DNA from: an uncultured Bdellovibrionales bacterium
GTDB taxonomy: Bacteria; Patescibacteriota; Minisyncoccia; Moranbacterales; UBA11712
Direction of reading: 5' to 3'
Length of the DNA: 64,000 nucleotides
NCBI GenBank assembly: GCA_964519445.1
Contig: CAZFIH010000001.1
Location: 2,144 to 66,143, forward strand
This document shows, piece by piece, positions 38,209-47,617 of this stretch; positions within the stretch are counted from its first letter, which is position 1; every line of letters starts with the position of its first letter. The position numbers were made by a program, and so were the translations under genes. The notes below the pieces were generated by a model. That model saw only the letters and a list, made by a program, of their open reading frames with translations. It was not told where the DNA came from and made no database searches.

Positions 38209-40287
38209 TTAATTGAGAAAGATTTTCGCATCCGGTATCTCGTATCGGTTTCCATCATTATAAAGGATTACGGGGTTAATATCAATTTGTGAAATATCCG
38301 GATTTTCGGCGGCCATATCGCTGATTCCTTGGGCAATTTCCATGATTTCAGCGAGTTTATAGCCCGCCTTCCCCCGAAAACCTCGAAGAACCGGGAATAT
38401 CTGGAGTTTTGCCAGCTTTCTTTTGATTTCTTGATCCAAAAAGGGGGGGATGAGAAGGATCCGGTCTTTGAATATTTCAGTGAAAGTGCCGCCCCATCCA
38501 GCCAAAATCACCGGTCCGAATATCGGATCTCTCTTGAGGCCCAAAATCATTTCAAGCCCCTGATCCATTTGAGACTGAACCAGAAATCTTTTAGATTTCG
38601 TGCCCCGTTTCATCTTTCGAAACTCCGACCGCAGCTCTTTTTCATTTTGGATATTGAGCTTGACCGCCTTTTTCTCCCAGCGGTGGACAATTTGGGAATC
38701 GTCTGTTTTGAGGACGGCCGGGAAGGAAATTTGTTGAGTCATTTTTTTGGGAATTGAAGCAAGGGATAGGGAATCAGCCAGGCGAATTCCGTATTTTTCC
38801 AATACTTCGCGCGTTTCGTCCCAGAAAAGCAGCCTCCTTTTTTCTTTTCTCGCTTCTTGAATGAGCGAGTTGACTTTGAGTTTGAGATGAATTTCTTTTT
38901 TTCCGGGAACGGGAGAAATTTTTGTTTTGTTTTTTTGGTATCCGATCAGCTTTTCCAAGGCCAGGAGCGCTCTTTGAGGGCTGCCGAAATTGGCAATTCC
39001 CGAGGATCGAAGAATTTGCGAAGCTGCTTCAATTTTTTTTCCGCCCAAGAAAGACGCGGAAAGGCAGGGAATTGTTTTTCGGTATTTTTTGAGCAGCAAA
39101 GCCACTTTCTCCGGTTCGGTCTGGGTTTGAGGGGTGAGAAGGACGAGAACCGGGTGCGAGGCCATTTTTTTCGCGATGATTTCCAGAACAAATTGGTAGC
39201 GATCCGGCGTCGCGTCACCGATGATGTCAACGGGATTTCTGACCGATGCGCTTGGCGGCAGTTTTTTTCGGAGTTCTTTTTTGGCGGGATCAGGAATTTT
39301 CAAAAGTTTCAAGAATTTTGAATTGCCAATGAAATCGGAGGCTATCACTCCCGGCCCTCCGGCATTTGTCACAATCAGGACATCTTTTTTCGCAAAAATT
39401 CCGCCGGAGTTCAAAAAATAAATGACGTCTTGAAATTCTTCGATATTTTTGGCTTCGATAAGATTCAGTTTTTCAAACACGGCTTCAGCAACAGCCTCGT
39501 CTTGAGCCAGAGATCCGGTATGCGAAGAAACGGCTTGCTGTCCTGTTTTCGTTTTTCCGGCTTTCAATATAACGACCGGCTTTCGGGCCGAGATGTTTTG
39601 GGCGATTTGGAGAAATTTTGCTCCCGAAGAAATGTCTTCGACGTATATAGCCACCGCCTTGGTTGATTTGTCGCCGGCCAGGTATTGGAGGATGTCAGCC
39701 TCGTCGAGAACGGCTTTATTGCCTATCGAGATCACCTTGGAAAAGCCGAAGCCGGTCTTTTCTATCCAATCCAAAAAGGCGACCGCCAGAGCTCCGGACT
39801 GGGAAACGATGGCAATATTTCCCGAGCGGAATTTTCCGGAAGTGAAAGTGGCGTTGAGCTTCTTCCGGGGGTTTATGAATCCGAGGCAGTTGGGTCCGAG
39901 GATATTTAGCTTGTGGGTTTCGGCAATTCGCTCCAGATCATTTTCCAGTTTTTTCCCGTTTTCCCCTGTTTCTTTGAAGCCCGAGGAAATCACGACAAAA
40001 TTTTCAATTTTCGGATCGGATTCAGCTCCGTCTTTGAGTATTTGTCCGACAAAAGCGGAAGGGATGGCCACCAAAACAAGATCCACGTTTTTTTTGATCG
40101 TTTTGAGGCCGGGATAGCACTTATATTTCCCAACCCGCTTGTACTTCGAATTGACGCAGTATATTTTTCCCTTCCAGCCGCTCTCCACGAGATTCCGAAG
40201 AAGAACATTGCCCATTTTTTCTTTTCCGGGAGAAGCGCCGACAATGGCGATTGATTTGGGAGCAAAAAATTTATTGAGATTTTTCAT
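38209..40287 (-). CDS. ADP-forming acetate-CoA ligase family protein (fused alpha/beta)
   Basis: FAPKSIAIVGAS, LGPNCLG, SQSGAL, SHTGSLA, TNAGGPG, NPVDIIGDA, C-terminal ATP-grasp DINP. Confidence 0.93.
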   Translation of the reverse strand: MKNLNKFFAPKSIAIVGASPGKEKMGNVLLRNLVESGWKGKIYCVNSKYKRVGKYKCYPGLKTIKKNVDLVLVAIPSAFVGQILKDGAESDPKIENFVVISSGFKETGENGKKLENDLERIAETHKLNILGPNCLGFINPRKKLNATFTSGKFRSGNIAIVSQSGALAVAFLDWIEKTGFGFSKVISIGNKAVLDEADILQYLAGDKSTKAVAIYVEDISSGAKFLQIAQNISARKPVVILKAGKTKTGQQAVSSHTGSLAQDEAVAEAVFEKLNLIEAKNIEEFQDVIYFLNSGGIFAKKDVLIVTNAGGPGVIASDFIGNSKFLKLLKIPDPAKKELRKKLPPSASVRNPVDIIGDATPDRYQFVLEIIAKKMASHPVLVLLTPQTQTEPEKVALLLKKYRKTIPCLSASFLGGKKIEAASQILRSSGIANFGSPQRALLALEKLIGYQKNKTKISPVPGKKEIHLKLKVNSLIQEARKEKRRLLFWDETREVLEKYGIRLADSLSLASIPKKMTQQISFPAVLKTDDSQIVHRWEKKAVKLNIQNEKELRSEFRKMKRGTKSKRFLVQSQMDQGLEMILGLKRDPIFGPVILAGWGGTFTEIFKDRILLIPPFLDQEIKRKLAKLQIFPVLRGFRGKAGYKLAEIMEIAQGISDMAAENPDISQIDINPVILYNDGNRYEIPDAKIFLN

Positions 40288-40388
40288 GGGAATATTTTGC
40301 TTTTTTTCACTTGACTGTCTTTAAGATAGCACAAAAAAATAGAATTGCGAACCTAAAGAGCCAGTTTCTTTTCTTTCTATCTCGGCGG

Positions 40389-41267
40389 TCAGTCGGTGAA
40401 TTTTTTGATGCATTTGTTGAAGGCGGCCGCTTCCAAATTGTACTCCTTGATCAGGTCCTGGGTTTCCTTGACGAGCGTATTATACTTCCTCACTTTGGCG
40501 TTATAGTCGTCTATCGCCTCGGAATAGTCGGGATCTCGTGGCCGGAGAGATTCGGCTTCGTCCCTTTCGGATTCCAGTTCCTCGGAGAGATTTTCTATTT
40601 TTTCGATGTTGGATTCGATGATTTTTTTCTTTTTCGAGCTGGCGCGGGGGCAGTCGGAAAGAGGCGTTCCAAATTCCTGAACGGCGAACCAGGTCTTTTT
40701 TCCCTGGTATTTTCCCTCCAGGACGGCCACTCCGATTTCGTGAAACCCCTTGTTTAGAATATTTTCCCGATGTCCGGGACTGGCCATCCAGGCTTCCAAA
40801 AGCTCTTTGTCGTTGGCAAAGTTGCCCATGGCCAGATTTTCTCCTATGGAAATATATTCATAGCCGGCCTTCTCTGCCAGGTCTTGGGGACCGTTTCCTG
40901 AAGGAGATACGTGATCAAAGTACTGATTTTCAAGCATATCCTCTGCCTTTGCCATCGCCGCTTCGTTAAGATCCTGGTTTTCCGTAAGATTGGGCAGTCC
41001 GTTTTCATTGCGGTTTCTGTTTGTCCATTCGATAGTCCCGGAATGAGTGAGAACCGGATTGGGAGATTCTTTCTCTGACTTGAGGGGCGGAGGAGTGGAA
41101 ATATTGACTTCGATGTCCGCAACGGCTTCACCTATGCTGCCTTTCCGCAGAGTGTCCAACTGGCGGGTTGAATTGGTGATATACTGATCGATTTGTGGTT
41201 CCAAAAGAATCCACCCCATTATTAAAAGGAATATGACCAAATAGACAAAAGTTCTTCTTGCAAACAT
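40389..41267 (-). CDS. CAP (SCP) domain-containing membrane-anchored protein
   Basis: YFDHVSP, GENLA, WMASPGHRENIL, VQEFG; coiled-coil tail. Confidence 0.9.
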   Translation of the reverse strand: MFARRTFVYLVIFLLIMGWILLEPQIDQYITNSTRQLDTLRKGSIGEAVADIEVNISTPPPLKSEKESPNPVLTHSGTIEWTNRNRNENGLPNLTENQDLNEAAMAKAEDMLENQYFDHVSPSGNGPQDLAEKAGYEYISIGENLAMGNFANDKELLEAWMASPGHRENILNKGFHEIGVAVLEGKYQGKKTWFAVQEFGTPLSDCPRASSKKKKIIESNIEKIENLSEELESERDEAESLRPRDPDYSEAIDDYNAKVRKYNTLVKETQDLIKEYNLEAAAFNKCIKKFTD

Positions 41268-41278
41268 AGGATTTTATT

Positions 41279-41686
41279 TTAGGGCAGTTGTTCGTCTTTG
41301 GCTCTGAATCTCAAAGCAATTGAATTGACGCAGTATCTTTTCCCGGTCGGTGGCGGGCCATCCAAAAATACATGACCCAGGTGCGAACCGCAGCGGGCGC
41401 AAATCACTTCCGTGCGGCGCATCCCGCGGGAAATGTCTTCCTTCTCTTTCAGATGGCCCGGTTTCAAAGGCTCGAAATAGCTCGGCCAGCCGGTCCCTGA
41501 TTCAAATTTGCTTTTTGAAGCGAAGAGAGGCAAATCGCAGGCGGCGCAATGATATATTCCTTTGCCCAAATTTGGCCAAGCGCAGGAAAATGGCGCCTCG
41601 GTACCCTTTTGGCGCATTACCTTAAACTGCTCGGGAGTGAGTATTTTTTTCCACTCCTCTTCGGATTTTCGGATTTTTTTGATCAT
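41279..41686 (-). CDS. msrB: Peptide-methionine (R)-S-oxide reductase
   Basis: GTEAPF, CAAC, KFESGTGWPSY, HLGHVF, RYCVNS. Confidence 0.97.
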   Translation of the reverse strand: MIKKIRKSEEEWKKILTPEQFKVMRQKGTEAPFSCAWPNLGKGIYHCAACDLPLFASKSKFESGTGWPSYFEPLKPGHLKEKEDISRGMRRTEVICARCGSHLGHVFLDGPPPTGKRYCVNSIALRFRAKDEQLP

Positions 41687-41747
41687 GGAAGTTATACTTT
41701 GTCCCGGCAGAGTATAATACGCCGACTAAAATCGTTAAATTCCCTTT

Positions 41748-42059
41748 TTATGGATACAAGAACAAGATCAAAAGAAGAATAACCAAAAAAAGAATCAGCC
41801 AGCTGACAGTCAATATGAAAAGTTGAAGGGCTTCCTTCTTTTTTCCTTCGAGATAAAGAAGGGCCGGTTTTCCCAAAATTAGGGCCCCGGAAATGGCGGC
41901 CGAAACAACGAAAAGTAAAAGGGCGGCAATGATGCCGAAAATGCCGGGTTTGGCGCCAAATATTTCATCTCCATATCTCAAAACAAGAGAGATAAGAAAA
42001 ATATACGCTACTTGAGAAAGCGCGGCAAAAAAAGAGAATGTTAGTAATTTTTTTTCCAT
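41748..42059 (-). CDS. Three-TM membrane protein
   Basis: Likely start MEKKLLTF; LLFVVSAAISGALILGKP motif. Confidence 0.75.
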   Translation of the reverse strand: MEKKLLTFSFFAALSQVAYIFLISLVLRYGDEIFGAKPGIFGIIAALLLFVVSAAISGALILGKPALLYLEGKKKEALQLFILTVSWLILFLVILLLILFLYP

Positions 42060-42069
42060 AAATGAATAT

Positions 42070-42459
42070 TTAGGTTTTTTTATGCAATACTTCTTCGACC
42101 ATATGCGCCATTTTTTTTGGATCAAACTGGGACTTTATCAAGTAGAAACTGGTGTCATATTTTCCCACTTTTTTGACGATTTCCATATTATCAACATTGG
42201 TCATGATAATCACAGGAAGGCCGGACAATTCGCTGTCGCTGCGAATTTTTTGGAGGAGTTCTAATCCATCCATTCTGGGTATGATAAGATCCAGCAAGAT
42301 GGCGTCGGGCTTGTCGGATTTCAAGACTCGGAGACCTTCTTCGCCGTCGGCGGCCGTGGTCACCCGATAGCCTTTCTTTTTGAGGACTGTTTCGTAAATT
42401 TCTCGAATGGCGTCCTCGTCTTCAATGATGCATATTTTCTTTTTTCGAGTTTTTTGCAT
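42070..42459 (-). CDS. Single-domain response regulator
   Basis: IIEDED, ILLDLIIP, YLIK; start set at MQKTRKK. Confidence 0.9.
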   Translation of the reverse strand: MQKTRKKKICIIEDEDAIREIYETVLKKKGYRVTTAADGEEGLRVLKSDKPDAILLDLIIPRMDGLELLQKIRSDSELSGLPVIIMTNVDNMEIVKKVGKYDTSFYLIKSQFDPKKMAHMVEEVLHKKT

Positions 42460-42511
42460 AGGCAGTTTTTTTTGATAAAATTTTCCAAAAATAATTTTTG
42501 CAAGGCAAGCA

Positions 42512-43753
42512 TCAGAACCGGCAGCCGTGCTCAAGGAGGAAATTTCTGGCTGCCGCGGTGCCGTCGAGATTAGCGATGAATTCGGCCATGTTATTTTCGT
42601 CGCGAAGGTAGGTCGTTTTGGTGGCCTTTCTCATTTCGGTGGCGTATTTTCGAAACTGGGTTTTGAAATCCCCTTTTCCGATAAATCGGTACCAGGAAAC
42701 CATAGTCGCCTTTTGGCAGTCCGTCTTGAACCAGTCTTCCTTTCCGTACGTCGGAGCCGGCGGCATAATTGAATTGAATTCAACAAGATTTTGATTTCCC
42801 GTTCTGTCGTCTATGCTCGACTGAAATGATTCAATTGTCCCCTCGCCGCAAATGTATTCCGGAAACATGGACCAGACGACGTTTCCCACTTGTTCCTCGA
42901 ACCAGTTGGGGAGATAAAAAAAGTAATCCTTATCGGGCTTAATTTTGATTTGCGAAAAATTGTGGTTGATTTCATGGATCATATCCTGGCTGATATAACA
43001 GTTTTCCGGCCAGGCGTAAGAAATGGCGACTTTATCGGTGCTCCCGGGGCGATAATACGTTTTCTTTTCCGGTTTGAATTGGGTAAAGCGAAGAATTCCG
43101 GTCGTATTTTCAAAGTAGCCATAGGCAAAGCCTCCAAAAGGGAGCTCATGCCCTTCGTTGATTTTGTCATAGTGGTCCAGATATATATGTAGAGCCGGAT
43201 ACGGGGCCACAGACTTGCCGATGAAAGAGAGATCTGAAAATCCGTAAATATCCATCATGGTCGGAACAGTGACTTGATCCGTGAATTTGGCCGCGTTTAG
43301 GATATAGCCGGCATCCATTTCCGCCTGATGCGACGTCACGTCGAAAAAAACGTTCTCTCCATAGAGGATGATTCGCTCGGCCGATTTGGCCTCAAGCACT
43401 GTCGCGATTTCCCGCTCATTGGCGGCATAGAGATTGGCGCAAAAAAGAGTTTTTCCGGGGTAGGGGCCGTCCGAAGTGTACCAATAAAGATCGTCGCAAT
43501 CAATTTTTCTTGACCTTACCGCGGAACCCGGCTCTTGAATAGGATAATTTCTCGGCGGGCTGGCATTGAAAAGAATATTTTTTTCATCTTTCTTGCTTCT
43601 CAAGCCTCTAAAAAAACTGCCAACAAGACCAATATCCAAAAAAGTCAGGCTCTGGAGAAGAAGCAGGACAATCAGACATCCCGCGACAAGAAGTGAGCAT
43701 CCGCAACAGGAATATTTCAGACAACTGTCTTTTTTTGTTGATTTTTCTTTCAT
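42512..43753 (-). CDS. Membrane-anchored putative zinc metallopeptidase
   Basis: N-terminal TM; HEINH (HExxH) followed by PNWFEEQ (gluzincin-like). Confidence 0.6.
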   Translation of the reverse strand: MKEKSTKKDSCLKYSCCGCSLLVAGCLIVLLLLQSLTFLDIGLVGSFFRGLRSKKDEKNILFNASPPRNYPIQEPGSAVRSRKIDCDDLYWYTSDGPYPGKTLFCANLYAANEREIATVLEAKSAERIILYGENVFFDVTSHQAEMDAGYILNAAKFTDQVTVPTMMDIYGFSDLSFIGKSVAPYPALHIYLDHYDKINEGHELPFGGFAYGYFENTTGILRFTQFKPEKKTYYRPGSTDKVAISYAWPENCYISQDMIHEINHNFSQIKIKPDKDYFFYLPNWFEEQVGNVVWSMFPEYICGEGTIESFQSSIDDRTGNQNLVEFNSIMPPAPTYGKEDWFKTDCQKATMVSWYRFIGKGDFKTQFRKYATEMRKATKTTYLRDENNMAEFIANLDGTAAARNFLLEHGCRF

Positions 43754-43877
43754 TCTGCTTGATCTAAGAATAGCAAATATTCCGCGTTTCTTCAATGAAA
43801 ATGCCGGGCCCATGAACTTCTGTAAAATATTTTCACGACTATAGCGTAAAAAGAAATATAACTATTTTCGCAAAAAT

Positions 43878-45002
43878 ATGAGCAATGACATTCAAAAAGA
43901 CTGGTGGATCTTTCCGGGATTCAAAGTAGAGAAAAAAGTTTCTGATCTCAAACTGCCTGTCAATCTGGCTTTTGTTCCGAAACCCAAGTCCGGAAAGTCG
44001 ACGCCGCTTCTTTACGTCACTGAACTATACGGTCAAGTGAAGGCTATTTCACGGGACTGGAAAACGCATACCTTCGCAAAGAATCTCCTAAACTTCAAGC
44101 CGAGCCGCAAATTTCCGGGTACCGGAGAATCCGGCGTCACCGGCATATGCGTTGAACCCGAAACGGGCGATGTTTTCGTTTCTCTTATATACGAAGACAA
44201 GGAGGACAGAAAAAACAAGATCAAGAACAAATTATTGCGGATGAAAAGCAAAGACGGTCTCAAGATGGATTCGACCGAGACAATCATGGAAGGCATACCT
44301 TCCACGACCCGTGCCCATCAAATCCAGGCGCTTTCAATCGGATTTGACGGCAAACTCTATGTCAATGTCGGCGACGGCGGCTCTTGGCGCGAAGCTCCCC
44401 AGAACCTGAAGGACCTGCGCGGGAAGATACTCCGGATGAATCTGGACGGATCAATTCCGAAAGACAATCCCTATTCGAGTAGTTGCGTCTATGCCCGCGG
44501 ATTCCGCAATCCTTTCGGAGCGGCTTGGAGAAAAAAAGACAAATCACTCTACGTTTCCATCAACGGTCCGGCGGTTGATGATGTGATAGCGAAAGTGAAG
44601 CCAAAGGGGAATCACGGCTGGTATGGCGATATGCGAAAAAACGCTCTCTTCTGGTGGCATTTTACCCAAGCTCCGACGGCCTTGGCATTCAGTGACGGAA
44701 ATCAATTTCCAAAAAGGTACCGGGACGAAATGTTCGTGGCCCTTTTTGGAAATTCCTATCAGGAAGGCCGGTCCGTCAAAGGCAAAAAAATCGTCAAGAT
44801 GGCCATCAATTCGGACGCCACGGCAGTGAAATCCTATGATGAGTTTGTGACCTATGTCGGCGAAGGCGCCGCTTCGCCCTGCGGTTTGGCTTTCGGCCCG
44901 GAGGGCCTCTATTTCACTGATCTATTCGGCGGCCATGTTTTTCTGGTGAAGCCGATCGAAGGCTACGATTTTAGCATCGAGACTGAACACGTTTTTGCCT
45001 GA
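43878..45002 (+). CDS. PQQ-dependent glucose/sorbosone dehydrogenase family beta-propeller
   Basis: GFDGKLYVNVGD, GKILRMNLDGSIPKDNP, YARGFRNPFG. Confidence 0.88.
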   Translation: MSNDIQKDWWIFPGFKVEKKVSDLKLPVNLAFVPKPKSGKSTPLLYVTELYGQVKAISRDWKTHTFAKNLLNFKPSRKFPGTGESGVTGICVEPETGDVFVSLIYEDKEDRKNKIKNKLLRMKSKDGLKMDSTETIMEGIPSTTRAHQIQALSIGFDGKLYVNVGDGGSWREAPQNLKDLRGKILRMNLDGSIPKDNPYSSSCVYARGFRNPFGAAWRKKDKSLYVSINGPAVDDVIAKVKPKGNHGWYGDMRKNALFWWHFTQAPTALAFSDGNQFPKRYRDEMFVALFGNSYQEGRSVKGKKIVKMAINSDATAVKSYDEFVTYVGEGAASPCGLAFGPEGLYFTDLFGGHVFLVKPIEGYDFSIETEHVFA

Positions 45003-45008
45003 AAAAAG

Positions 45009-45047
45009 AAAAACCGGGTTTCCTGTTTCGGAAATCCGGTTTTTTTT
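45009..45047. terminator. Bidirectional rho-independent terminator
   Basis: AAAAACCGGGTTTCC-tgtttc-GGAAATCCGGTTTTTTT between convergent genes. Confidence 0.85.
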
Positions 45048-45071
45048 GAATTTAGCACGATTTTCAAATTT

Positions 45072-45485
45072 TCAAATGGACTGTTGTCGCCTGTTATTAT
45101 CAGGTAAAAGAGGCAACGGCTGTTCCGGGATAGGGTCCTGCGGCAGATCCGGTAAAAAATCATCAAATTCATCAGCCAGTATTATATACACATTCAGATT
45201 CTCTATGAAAGCCATGCTTTTCATTTCATTCTCTTCGCGAATTCTCTTTTGGAGAGAATGAAAGAAAATATCAATCGATCTTGCAGCTGCTAGATCGATG
45301 CTTGCTGGATGATTATTTTTGAATTCAACCCTCACTTCGAATTCCGATGAGCTTACAAGCACATCGGAATTTTTTTGTACGATTTGAGAATAGAAGTATG
45401 CACCGGCACAAAAAATCAATATGTAGATAAAAATACTTTCGAAACTCGGTCCGTGCTTCTCAAACGTACTAATTTGCTCTTCCAT
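45072..45485 (-). CDS. Hypothetical single-TM protein
   Basis: 137-aa ORF with SD GAGAGGGG and one TM. Confidence 0.6.
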   Translation of the reverse strand: MEEQISTFEKHGPSFESIFIYILIFCAGAYFYSQIVQKNSDVLVSSSEFEVRVEFKNNHPASIDLAAARSIDIFFHSLQKRIREENEMKSMAFIENLNVYIILADEFDDFLPDLPQDPIPEQPLPLLPDNNRRQQSI

Positions 45486-45724
45486 AACAGCCCCCTCTCA
45501 ATTAGATTAAAATGGATACCAAATGCCCAGGACATTGTGAATCCCCAGTCACCATACCAAAATGACTATGGAAATGACGATTGTTGTTCCAGCTCTGTTC
45601 CCGAGTTTTCCTGCACGCTTGCTCCCCATTTCGGGCCATCTTCGCATAGTACTTTTTTCGCTTTCCAAGAGGAGAGAAAAAAGACACCCGCGAGGAAAAC
45701 CAGAAAAAGTATCGTTGGCACCAT

Positions 45725-46183
45725 CTATTCTCCCTCATCGGAACCTTGATTTGTTACTTTTTCGCCCAGGAACGCATCCCAGTTTGACCCAAGACACAAA
45801 AGAGAAAATAGCATCATTATAAGAATAACAATCAAAGGAAGATATCCATGTTTAACTAAGGACCCAATTTTAAAATCGAGACCAAGCAAAAGAAACGAGA
45901 AAAAGAATAGCAAGCAGCCGTTTCTGAGCGACCAGTTAATATCACTTTCTCTCGATTGCTCCCATTTAACAGTAAATTCAAGTTTCTTATATTTTTTTCC
46001 ATGGAACACAGCGGCTCGCAACCATCCCAGGCAAACCAGGCTAAATCCAATGACGAATATACCATCAGTAAAATAATTTAGCCCAAAGAGATACGAAGAT
46101 GTCAGTGATTGTAGGGAAGCTATAGAACCAAAAAAGAAAAGATGGAAAACAATATCTTTATTGTGCATAATTATCCCTCTCAA
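45725..46183 (-). CDS. Hypothetical multi-TM protein
   Basis: 152 aa, four hydrophobic segments. Confidence 0.6.
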   Translation of the reverse strand: MRGIIMHNKDIVFHLFFFGSIASLQSLTSSYLFGLNYFTDGIFVIGFSLVCLGWLRAAVFHGKKYKKLEFTVKWEQSRESDINWSLRNGCLLFFFSFLLLGLDFKIGSLVKHGYLPLIVILIMMLFSLLCLGSNWDAFLGEKVTNQGSDEGE

Positions 46184-46356
46184 TGATAGATTTTTAAAGA
46201 ATCAGCCCATGAACCATGGGGCTTTGTATTATCCTGCGTTATCCCTTTTTCGTCAAGAAAAATCAAAAAACCCTTTCGGGCTTTTACAAATTTCACAATG
46301 CAAACACAGTCGAGTTTTTCTCGGAGCTTGGAAAGACTACTATTTTTCAACCGAGT

Positions 46357-46614
46357 TTATTCCTCTTCAACGCGGTAGACGGTGGCTCCTTCTTTGGTCG
46401 GATTGGGCAATTTGACGGCAATTTCCTCACCCGCTTTTCCGGATTCGATCGGTTCATGGTTGAGCTGCATTGAGTCAACCTTGAACTCGAACTCATCCTC
46501 ATTGCGGACGATTTTCACCGTATCCCCCACCTTAAGCGGCTCATCCAGCCGAACGACTGCTACCATGGCTTTGTCGTAGTAGTGAATCACTTTTCCGGCT
46601 TCTTTGTCTGCCAT
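46357..46614 (-). CDS. Translation-factor beta-barrel-like small protein (EF-Tu domain II / U32 C-terminal-like)
   Basis: GKVIHYYDKAMVAVV..LKVGDTVKI..FEFKVDSMQLNH. Confidence 0.8.
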   Translation of the reverse strand: MADKEAGKVIHYYDKAMVAVVRLDEPLKVGDTVKIVRNEDEFEFKVDSMQLNHEPIESGKAGEEIAVKLPNPTKEGATVYRVEEE

Positions 46615-46651
46615 AGCTTTGATTAATTAATTATCTTCAATTATTGAAAGA

Positions 46652-47614
46652 TTACATACTCCTGTCAAGGTCTTTTTTCATCAACAGTCCTTTGGTTGTT
46701 CCGATATGCCCGACGACGCTGGCGCTGTTCACGATTCCCGCCCGAAGGCATTTTTCCAGTTTTTCACCCCTGATATAAAAGCCCAGAAATCCGCCGGCGA
46801 AAGCGTCTCCCGCGCCCGTCACATCCACAATTTTCACTTTTTTAACCGGAGAGTGGATTATTTTTTTTCCGTCGGAAGCCCAGGCCCCTTTTCTGCCATT
46901 TGTAATGGCAATGGTATCAGGACCTAACTTGAATAATATTTTAAATAAATCTTTTTCCGTTTTGACTGCTTTTTTCAGCTTTGAGGCAATTTCAAGCGCT
47001 TCGTTTTTGTTGAGGATAAGCACTTTTGAAATCCGGAGAAGTTTTTTGAGATCTGCAAAATCATCCCGAATCTGGCTGGTGCTCGGGTTCACAATTAAGT
47101 CGGCATTGTATTTCCTCACATAATCCAAAATTTTTTTTGTTTGCTCTCTAATTTTCCCCTTGAGCGACGAAACAAAAATATATCTTGCTCTAAATCGAGG
47201 GAGCGGGGCAAGATTCAAATCGCCTGAAGAATTTTGGGTGAAAATAATCCTTTCTCCGGTTTTCTTGTCGCTCAATATCACGGATAAGGGAGTTTTTCTT
47301 TTTTCTTCCATTCCAATTCCCGTCAGATCTACCTTTTTCTTTTTTAAGTTTTCAATTATCCATTTCCCTTCAAAATCTTTACCAATTGTTGAGAAAAGAA
47401 AAGCCTTTATCCCAAGCTTGCTTAATCCGATTGAAATATCAGTCGCCACCCCCCCAATGCATTGTTGTATTTCATCCGCCCGAATTTTCTCTCCCAGTTC
47501 GAAACCAAGCCATTCGGGGGCCAATTTGTCGCGAGGTGTCTTGAAAACTTTCCCCCGATCGGTGACAAGAAATATGTCTTTTGTGACAGAGCCGACGGCT
47601 ATAAGGTCATACAT
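46652..47614 (-). CDS. PfkB family carbohydrate kinase
   Basis: LILNKNEA, ITNGRKGA, VDVTGAGDAFAGGF. Confidence 0.93.
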   Translation of the reverse strand: MYDLIAVGSVTKDIFLVTDRGKVFKTPRDKLAPEWLGFELGEKIRADEIQQCIGGVATDISIGLSKLGIKAFLFSTIGKDFEGKWIIENLKKKKVDLTGIGMEEKRKTPLSVILSDKKTGERIIFTQNSSGDLNLAPLPRFRARYIFVSSLKGKIREQTKKILDYVRKYNADLIVNPSTSQIRDDFADLKKLLRISKVLILNKNEALEIASKLKKAVKTEKDLFKILFKLGPDTIAITNGRKGAWASDGKKIIHSPVKKVKIVDVTGAGDAFAGGFLGFYIRGEKLEKCLRAGIVNSASVVGHIGTTKGLLMKKDLDRSM

Positions 47615-47617
47615 AAT

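Noticed and set aside
45502-45738. 78-aa ORF and an alternative 52-aa frame starting at 45724
   Set aside because: Cannot decide between frames; possibly a decayed small membrane gene, so it is not called.
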